A stretch of 64,000 bases of DNA from an uncultured Desulfarculus sp. (GTDB lineage: Bacteria; Desulfobacterota; Desulfarculia; Desulfarculales; Desulfarculaceae), in assembly GCA_963665125.2 (NCBI GenBank), contig CAXXUK010000001.1:768001-832000 (forward strand), written 5' to 3'. Both the position numbers and the translations under genes were made by a program. Shown here one piece after another: positions 57,736 through 64,000 of this stretch. How positions within the stretch are numbered: position 1 is the first letter of the stretch; every line of letters starts with the position of its first letter. The notes below the pieces were generated by a model. That model was not told the DNA's origin and did no database searches. It worked only from the letters and a program-made list of their open reading frames with translations.

Positions 57736-58461
57736 ATGGCGGCGGTTTTACAGGCCACGGGCATTGTCAAACGCTTCGGTTCGCTGGCCGCCCTGGATGG
57801 CGTTGACCTGAGCCTTGAGTCCGGCGAAATCCTGGGCGTCATCGGCCCCAACGGCAGCGGCAAGAGCACGTTGTTCAAGGTGTTGTCCGGCATCCTGAAG
57901 CCCGACGCCGGGCGGGTCCGGTTATTGGGCTCCGACATCACCGGCAGGCCGGATTGGCGGATTTGCCGCCTGGGCCTTGCCCTGACCGGACAGGTGGCCT
58001 CGCCCCTGGCCGAAATGACGGTTTTGGAAAACGCCGTGGTGGCTGCCACGTTCGGCGGGGGCAAGCGCAACCGCGGGGCCAAACGCCTGGCCCTGGAAAT
58101 GCTCGAGCTGGTCGGGCTCCAGGACCAGTCAATGCTCATGGCCGGGGATCTCACCCTGGTCCAGCGCCGCAGCCTGGAACTGGCCAGGGCCTTGGCCACC
58201 GAACCCAAGGTCCTGCTGCTGGATGAAAACCTTGCCGGGCTGACCACGGCCGAGATCGAGCAGTCCCTGGAGCTGATCCGCACCATAAATCAGCAGGGCG
58301 TATCCATGATCATGGTCGAGCATGTGATGCAGGCGGTCATCGGCGTTTGCAGCCGGATTATCGTCCTGGACTACGGCAAGATCATCGCCCAGGGCCCGGC
58401 TGGCGATGTGGTGCGCGCGCCCGAGGTCATAGAGGCCTATCTGGGGGACCGCTATGCTTAG
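57736..58461 (+). CDS. livG: LivG-type ABC ATPase
   Basis: GPNGSGKST, LELARALA, LLLDE, VEH, EAYLG. Confidence 0.88.
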   Translation: MAAVLQATGIVKRFGSLAALDGVDLSLESGEILGVIGPNGSGKSTLFKVLSGILKPDAGRVRLLGSDITGRPDWRICRLGLALTGQVASPLAEMTVLENAVVAATFGGGKRNRGAKRLALEMLELVGLQDQSMLMAGDLTLVQRRSLELARALATEPKVLLLDENLAGLTTAEIEQSLELIRTINQQGVSMIMVEHVMQAVIGVCSRIIVLDYGKIIAQGPAGDVVRAPEVIEAYLGDRYA

Positions 58462-59155
58462 GCTGTCGGGCTTCAGCGCTTATTACGGCGACGTACAGGT
58501 CTTGTGGGATGTTGACCTTAATGTTGCCAAGGGCGAAATCGTGGCCCTTATTGGGCCCAACGGCGCGGGCAAGAGTTCGCTTTTGCAGGCGTTGATGGGC
58601 TTTATCCAAGTCCGGGGCGGCGTGCGGTTTGATGGGCAAAATATCTTGAAACGCCCCGCCGAGGAATTGGTCAAACAGGGCCTGTGCCTGGTGCCCGAAG
58701 GCGGCCACGTTTTTCCGGAAATGACTTGCCGCGACAACCTGCTCACCGGCGGCCATGTGCTGGGCTCGGCAAGGGAGCGCGGCCAGAGGTTGCGATGGGT
58801 CGAGGACATTTTTCCGAGGCTGGCTGAAAGGGCGGGACAAAAGGCATCGACCTTCAGCGGCGGGGAACGCCAGATGCTGGCCCTTGGCCGGGCCCTGATG
58901 GCCAAGCCGCGCATGCTGCTATTGGATGAGCCGTCCCTGGGCCTGCATCCGCTGATGGCCAGCCAGGTGTTCGAGGCCATAAGCGAAATCAACCGCCAGG
59001 GCGTTACCATATTGCTGGTGGAGCAAAAGGTGTCCTTTGCCCTGGAGATGAGTTCCCGGGCCTATGTCCTGGAAAAGGGCCGTGTGGTCCTTCATGGACC
59101 GGCTGCGGAACTGGCCCAAAACGAGCACGTCAGGAAAGCTTATCTCGCTGTATGA
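58454..59155 (+). CDS. livF: LivF-type ABC ATPase
   Basis: GPNGAGKS, VPEG, FSGGERQMLA, LLDEPSLGL, VEQ. Confidence 0.9.
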   Translation: MLRLSGFSAYYGDVQVLWDVDLNVAKGEIVALIGPNGAGKSSLLQALMGFIQVRGGVRFDGQNILKRPAEELVKQGLCLVPEGGHVFPEMTCRDNLLTGGHVLGSARERGQRLRWVEDIFPRLAERAGQKASTFSGGERQMLALGRALMAKPRMLLLDEPSLGLHPLMASQVFEAISEINRQGVTILLVEQKVSFALEMSSRAYVLEKGRVVLHGPAAELAQNEHVRKAYLAV

Positions 59156-59681
59156 GCAGGGAGTTGCCGGGTTTCCTTTGGAAGGCGAGGAACGCCAGGC
59201 ACAGAAGCGGGATTAATAAATCGGTGTAAAATATCGCTCCGGCATTGCCGGGAGCGAAGTTGCCCGCCTCGATCATCTGCCGCACATGGCCCACGGCGGC
59301 CCCCCATAAAAAACAGACGACCATCACGGCCGTGGCCAGACGGAAAGACCTGGACGCCCGCCAGCACAGCAGGCCGCAGACGCCCATTGCCAGGTTGGCC
59401 ATGGCCACTTCCCACTGGAAAGGGCTGGGCTTCCAGCCGATAAAGGCCGCCGTCTCCGCCGGATGGAGGCCGTGCCAATACGCGCCCCAGAAGCCCGACA
59501 CGCCCACGGCCAGCACGAACAAGGGCCTCAGAAAGGCCTCGGGCATGGATATGTTGCGGCGCTTTTTCCCAAACAAGGCCCACCGCAATGTGCCCAGGAC
59601 CAGGGCCAGGATCAGCATGGCCAAAGGGGTGTCCCGCAGGACAAAGGCTATGGCGTCATAGAGAAATTGGTTCATGGCCAT
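59130..59681 (-). CDS. Membrane protein (DUF6790-like)
   Basis: IGW.PSPFQWEVAMAN, FLWGAAVGH, GNFAPGNAG..FYTD. Confidence 0.75.
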   Translation of the reverse strand: MAMNQFLYDAIAFVLRDTPLAMLILALVLGTLRWALFGKKRRNISMPEAFLRPLFVLAVGVSGFWGAYWHGLHPAETAAFIGWKPSPFQWEVAMANLAMGVCGLLCWRASRSFRLATAVMVVCFLWGAAVGHVRQMIEAGNFAPGNAGAIFYTDLLIPLLCLAFLAFQRKPGNSLLIQRDKLS

Positions 59682-59752
59682 CTCCTGTCATAGGGAGAGG
59701 ATGGATGACCAAGTTTGCTCCTTGGCGCGGTCCCAAGTCAATGACCGGTTTT

Positions 59753-60451
59753 TCAGGCCAGGGCCGGGTCGGCCAATCCGGCTTCGTCAAAGCCCTTGGC
59801 CCGCAGCAGGCAGGAATCGCACTGCCCACAGGGAGTGCCGTCATCAGCCGGGTCGTAGCAGGAATGGGTCAGACCGTAATCAACGCCCAGCTTGAGACCC
59901 TGTTTGATGATCTGGGCCTTGGTCAGGCGGATAAGCGGGGCGTGGATGCGGATGTGGCGCCCCTGTTCGGTGGCAATCTTGGTGGCCAAGTTGGCCATGT
60001 TTTCAAAGGCCAGGATGAATTCCGGCCGGCAGTCCGGGTAGCCCGAGTAGTCCAGGGCGTTGACGCCGATGAAGATGTCGGTGCAGTCCAGGGTTTCGGC
60101 CCAGGCCAGGGCCAGGGACAAAAACAGCGTATTGCGGGCCGGGACGTAGGTGACTGGTATGCCGTGGCTCATGTCATCTAGGCTGCGGCCTTTGGGCACC
60201 TCGATATCGTCGGTCAGCGCCGATCCTCCCACGCCGCCCATGTCCACGTCCAGGATCAGGTGCCGGGTCACGCCCATGGCCCTGGCCACGCGTGCGGCGG
60301 CCTCCAGCTCAACGCTGTGGCGCTGGCCGTAGCGAAAACTCAGGGCGTGGCAGTCGAATCCCTGATCCTTGGCCATGGCCAGACAGGTTGACGAATCCAG
60401 ACCGCCGGATAACAAAATAATCGCGGGAGGTGATTTGACGTCTTTATTCAT
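59753..60451 (-). CDS. queC: 7-cyano-7-deazaguanine synthase
   Basis: [35 protein letters not shown]...CGQCDSC. Confidence 0.97.
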   Translation of the reverse strand: MNKDVKSPPAIILLSGGLDSSTCLAMAKDQGFDCHALSFRYGQRHSVELEAAARVARAMGVTRHLILDVDMGGVGGSALTDDIEVPKGRSLDDMSHGIPVTYVPARNTLFLSLALAWAETLDCTDIFIGVNALDYSGYPDCRPEFILAFENMANLATKIATEQGRHIRIHAPLIRLTKAQIIKQGLKLGVDYGLTHSCYDPADDGTPCGQCDSCLLRAKGFDEAGLADPALA

Positions 60452-60699
60452 GAAACTACCTTTTGAATATCCTGCATGGGTGGCCGAAAGGATAAAGATG
60501 GCAATACGCTAGCATGTTGTTTTTTAAAATATAAAGCCCAAACTTGGCCAACAGCGGCTGAAAATGTTGACACAAAAGGTCTGTACGCGCAAAATTTTTA
60601 TAATCGAATTGATTATTATTCAACGGGCGCGCGTCCCTGGCCTGCCGCATAATTACCTTTGCAAGGGTCCTTGGGGCTTGACCGTTTATGCTATTCCTG

Positions 60700-60716
60700 A
60701 TAGTAATTATTACTAT
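60700..60716. promoter_or_regulatory. Fur/PerR-type operator palindrome
   Basis: Perfect 8-1-8 inverted repeat ATAGTAAT-T-ATTACTAT, about 17 bp downstream of TTGACC and upstream of a Fur-family gene. Confidence 0.7.
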
Positions 60717-60743
60717 ATTTTAACGTTTAGTGGAGCAATGCAA

Positions 60744-61151
60744 ATGCAGCCCACACCAAAGCTTAGAATGACCGCGCAGCGTCAGGTTATTCTGGAAGAA
60801 TTACAAAAGCTTAAGTCCCATCCGACCGCGGCGGAGCTTTGCCAGATCGTTCGCCGCCGCTTGCCCAGGATTAGCCTGGGTACGGTATACCGCAATCTTG
60901 AAATCCTCTCGCGGACCGGAATTATTCAGAGAATCGACGTTGCGGGCGTGGAAATGCGTTTTGACGGCGACACCTCAAACCATTACCATGTTAGGTGCAA
61001 ATCTTGCGGCGCCGTCGCTGATCTTGAAATGCACATGGTCGCCAACCTGGAGGCGGAGGCGGCCGCTGCCAGCGATTACCTGATTACCGGACACAGGGTC
61101 GAGTTCGAGGGGTTGTGCCCAAACTGCAAACCCCTTGAAACTAGACATTAA
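60744..61151 (+). CDS. perR: Fur-family regulator, probably PerR
   Basis: MTAQR, HPTA, SLGTVYRNL, RFD, HYH.RCKSCG, GLCPNC; heads an oxidative-stress cluster. Confidence 0.8.
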   Translation: MQPTPKLRMTAQRQVILEELQKLKSHPTAAELCQIVRRRLPRISLGTVYRNLEILSRTGIIQRIDVAGVEMRFDGDTSNHYHVRCKSCGAVADLEMHMVANLEAEAAAASDYLITGHRVEFEGLCPNCKPLETRH

Positions 61152-61205
61152 AATATCATCCTGACACGGCTCGTCATTGTATCTTAATGGGAGGACGCCA
61201 CAGCT

Positions 61206-61415
61206 ATGGCCAGCGACAACGGTATTAAAGTTTTACAGGCCCTGGCATCCGGTGACGGGCCGTTTTCCAGCAAGGAAATCGCCGAGATTTCAGGTCTCGA
61301 ATCCAAACAGATCAGTTGCCAAATGAGCAGCTTGAAAAAGAAGGGCCTGGTGGATAGCCCGGTCCGCTGTAAATATGTCATCACCCAAGCAGGCAAAGCT
61401 GAACTGACCAACTAA
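61206..61415 (+). CDS. Small winged-helix protein
   Basis: KEIAEISGLESKQIS...LKKKGLVDSPVRCKY; RBS GGGAGG. Confidence 0.75.
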   Translation: MASDNGIKVLQALASGDGPFSSKEIAEISGLESKQISCQMSSLKKKGLVDSPVRCKYVITQAGKAELTN

Positions 61416-61448
61416 ATGCATGCTACTATTGTTTGAAGGAGTAAAACG

Positions 61449-62024
61449 ATGGCAAGCCTCAAAGGCACAAAAACTGAAAAGAACCTGTTGACCGCCTTTG
61501 CCGGGGAATCCCAGGCACGCAATCGCTACAACTATTTCGCAGGAAAAGCCCGCAAAGAGGGTTATGTCCAAATCGCGGCCATTTTCGAGGAAACGGCTGA
61601 CCAGGAAAAAGAACACGCCAAGCGGTTCTTTAAATTCCTGGAGGGCGGTGATGTCGAGATTACCGCGGCTTTCCCGGCCGGCGTAATCGGCTCCACCTTG
61701 GAAAACCTCAAGGAAGCCGCGGCAGGCGAACACCACGAACAGGCTGAGATGTATCCCGGCATGGCCAAGGTGGCCCGTGAAGAAGGTTTCAACGAGATTG
61801 CCGAAGTGTTCGAACGCGTATCGGTGGCCGAGCGTTTTCATGAGAAACGCTACCGCGCCTTTGCCGCCAACATCGAGGCCGGCACCGTGTTCAAAAAAGA
61901 TGAGAAGGTGGTCTGGCGCTGCCGCAACTGTGGTTATCTCCACGAAGGCACTGAAGCCCCCGAGTTGTGCCCGGCTTGCGCCCATCCCAAGGCCCACTTT
62001 GAATTGAAGTGCGAAAACTGGTAA
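61449..62024 (+). CDS. rbr: Rubrerythrin
   Basis: AFAGESQA, EKEHA, GE..E, ERFH, CRNCG...CPAC. Confidence 0.97.
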   Translation: MASLKGTKTEKNLLTAFAGESQARNRYNYFAGKARKEGYVQIAAIFEETADQEKEHAKRFFKFLEGGDVEITAAFPAGVIGSTLENLKEAAAGEHHEQAEMYPGMAKVAREEGFNEIAEVFERVSVAERFHEKRYRAFAANIEAGTVFKKDEKVVWRCRNCGYLHEGTEAPELCPACAHPKAHFELKCENW

Positions 62025-62077
62025 CGATAACAGCACGGTAACGACTTATCCGAACCGTTTTAAAAGGAGATGACCTC

Positions 62078-62458
62078 ATGGCCGAAAGGCTCCAAGTCTA
62101 CAAATGCGAAAAGTGTGGAAACATCGTTGAGGTAATGTTCGGCGGTCCCGGCAATCTGATGTGCTGCGGCCAGGATATGGTTCTACAAAACGAGAACACC
62201 GTTGACGCGGCCAAGGAAAAACACGTTCCGGTGATCGAAAAAATCGACGGCGGTTACAAGGTCATGGTCGGATCGGTGGCTCATCCCATGGAAGAAAAAC
62301 ATTACATCCAGTGGATCGAGCTGATTGCCGACGGCAAGTGCTATACTCAGTATCTGAAGCCCGGTCAGGCCCCGGAGGCGGAATTCAAGATCGACGCGGC
62401 CAAGGTCAGCGCACGGGAATACTGCAATATCCACGGCCACTGGAAAGCCGACAACTAA
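62078..62458 (+). CDS. dfx: Desulfoferrodoxin (superoxide reductase)
   Basis: [19 protein letters not shown]...HYIQWIE, CNIHGHW. Confidence 0.97.
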   Translation: MAERLQVYKCEKCGNIVEVMFGGPGNLMCCGQDMVLQNENTVDAAKEKHVPVIEKIDGGYKVMVGSVAHPMEEKHYIQWIELIADGKCYTQYLKPGQAPEAEFKIDAAKVSAREYCNIHGHWKADN

Positions 62459-62503
62459 GATTAATCAGCCTGTGATCAAGCCCAGGCATTTGGAGTTGAA
62501 TAG

Positions 62504-62665
62504 ATGAAGAAGTATGTATGCGGCGTATGCGGATATGAATACGATCCTGCAAAAGGCGACCCCGACAACGGCGTAGCCCCCGGAACGGCCTTCGAAGACC
62601 TGCCCGATGATTGGTCTTGCCCGGTTTGTGGCGCTTCCAAGGACCAGTTTGAGCCCGAAAACTAG
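62504..62665 (+). CDS. rub: Rubredoxin (53 aa; absent from the ORF track)
   Basis: Translated by hand: [60 protein letters not shown]. Confidence 0.97.
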   Translation: MKKYVCGVCGYEYDPAKGDPDNGVAPGTAFEDLPDDWSCPVCGASKDQFEPEN

Positions 62666-62676
62666 TCACACATAGC

Positions 62677-62720
62677 ACGGACCTCTCGGCGCTTGTCGCC
62701 GGGCGGTCTGTTTTTCGTTT
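62677..62720 (+). terminator. Intra-operon terminator-like hairpin
   Basis: ACGGACC-TCTCGGCG...CGCCGGGC-GGTCTGT followed by a T tract. Confidence 0.55.
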
Positions 62721-62752
62721 GGCCCCGCGCCGGCGAAATTCCGGGAAAAGCA

Positions 62753-63952
62753 ATGAAACCTACAGAGCTGAAAAAAGGTATTTACTGGGTTGGCGCGGTG
62801 GACTGGAATATCCGTGACTTTCACGGCTACTCCACCGAACGCGGCAGCACGTATAACGCCTACCTTATTATCGACGACAAGATTACCCTGGTCGATTGCG
62901 TCAAAAAAGGATTCCAGGGTGATTTGCTGCATAGGGTCCACGAAATAATCGACCCCAAGAAGATTGATTATCTGGTGGTCAATCATGTGGAGATGGACCA
63001 TTCCGGATCGGTGAAAGAGATCATCGAATACACCAACCCGGAAAAGGTCTTTTGCTCCAAGATGGGCGAAAAGGCCCTCAAGGCGCACTACCACATCACC
63101 GATTGGCCTCTGGAGTCCATGAAATCCGGTGATTCCATCAACCTGGGCAAGCGCAACATCAATTTTCTGGAAACGCGCATGCTCCACTGGCCCGACAGCA
63201 TGTTCTCCTATATTCCCGAGGAAAAGCTGCTGATCAGCTCCGACGCGTTCGGCCTGCATTGGGCCACCAGCGAACGCTTCGACGACCATGTGGACAACAA
63301 TGAGTTGATGCAGCACGGCGCAAAATACTTCGCCAATATCCTTATGCCCTACTCGGCTTTGATCCAAAAACTGCTGGCCGACGTCAAGGAAATGGGTCTG
63401 GAGATCGACATGATCGCCCCGGACCACGGCGTGATTTGGCGCGGCGATCCCGGCAAAATCATTGCCGCTTATGACAAATGGTCGCGTCAGGAGCAGACCA
63501 AAAAGGCCCTGGTGATCTACGACACCATGTGGCACAGCACCGAGGCCATGGCCAAGGCCGTGGCCGGCGGCATCCAGGACCAGGGCGTCAGCGTCAAGCT
63601 GATGAACCTGGCCGATTGGCACCGCAGCGACGTTGTCACCGAAATGCTCGACGCCGCGGCATTGGTGTTCGGCTCGGCCACCCTCAACAACAACATGCTG
63701 CCGCGCATGGCCGATATGCTGACCTACATGAAAGGCCTGCGCCCCATGAACAAGATCGGCGCGGTCTTCGGTTCATTCGGCTGGTCCGGCGAGGCGGTCA
63801 AGGACATCACGGCAGTTTTGGAACAGGCCAAGATCGAGATCGTGGCCGACGGAGTCAAGCACCAGTATGTGCCCGACCACGCCGCGCTGCACAAATGCGT
63901 GGAACTGGGCCAGACCGTGGGGCAAAAAGTTATCGAGCGGGTAGGGGGCTGA
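62753..63952 (+). CDS. fprA: Flavodiiron protein FprA / rubredoxin:oxygen oxidoreductase
   Basis: TYNAYL, NHVEMDHSG, HWPDSM, SDAFG, PDHG, YDTMWHSTE, FGSFGWSGE. Confidence 0.95.
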   Translation: MKPTELKKGIYWVGAVDWNIRDFHGYSTERGSTYNAYLIIDDKITLVDCVKKGFQGDLLHRVHEIIDPKKIDYLVVNHVEMDHSGSVKEIIEYTNPEKVFCSKMGEKALKAHYHITDWPLESMKSGDSINLGKRNINFLETRMLHWPDSMFSYIPEEKLLISSDAFGLHWATSERFDDHVDNNELMQHGAKYFANILMPYSALIQKLLADVKEMGLEIDMIAPDHGVIWRGDPGKIIAAYDKWSRQEQTKKALVIYDTMWHSTEAMAKAVAGGIQDQGVSVKLMNLADWHRSDVVTEMLDAAALVFGSATLNNNMLPRMADMLTYMKGLRPMNKIGAVFGSFGWSGEAVKDITAVLEQAKIEIVADGVKHQYVPDHAALHKCVELGQTVGQKVIERVGG

Positions 63953-64000
63953 CCCCATTGGCCGGAAAGGCCATTTTAAAGAAGCGCCTGCGTTCATTGT

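Noticed and set aside
60452..60600. preQ1 riboswitch upstream of queC
   Set aside because: No GGUUC-type stem-loop with the matching A-rich tail was recognised.

Overview
A gene-dense, GC-rich (roughly 55-65% by eye) chromosomal segment of an anaerobic deltaproteobacterium. Rubrerythrin, desulfoferrodoxin, rubredoxin, FprA, a CGGC protein and sigma54 signalling suggest a sulfate reducer of the Desulfobacterota (Desulfarculus-like); this is inference from gene content. About 58 CDSs are present, including an MrfA-type helicase with a fused exonuclease, mltA, a macrodomain protein, five sensor kinases, a glgA-like gene, fetAB, oadGB, lepA, gadB, a purH-like gene, a HelY-type helicase, hrcA-grpE-dnaK, a liv-type ABC operon, queC and a PerR-like oxidative-stress operon, plus one tRNA-Asn(GTT). 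No CRISPR array, transposase, integrase or prophage was seen. The most unusual signals are: (1) an intact, tightly packed xanthine-dehydrogenase-family operon (21024-24211) in which the molybdenum-cofactor motifs and the Moco-proximal [2Fe-2S] ligands are lost while the FAD subunit and distal [2Fe-2S] site are kept, suggesting a Moco-less pseudo-molybdoenzyme; (2) two ORF-free, highly structured regions directly behind correctly spaced sigma54 promoters (about 4211-4296 on +, about 41299-41445 on -) that share a GCAGGGAGG motif and are candidate Csr/Rsm-type sRNAs; (3) a GlgA homologue with substitutions at the K15 and R300 positions that overlaps a GAF histidine kinase; (4) a sigma54-driven Cys-less TusA-like gene divergent from a Cys-rich PAS enhancer-binding protein. 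All family calls come from motif recognition, not database searches.
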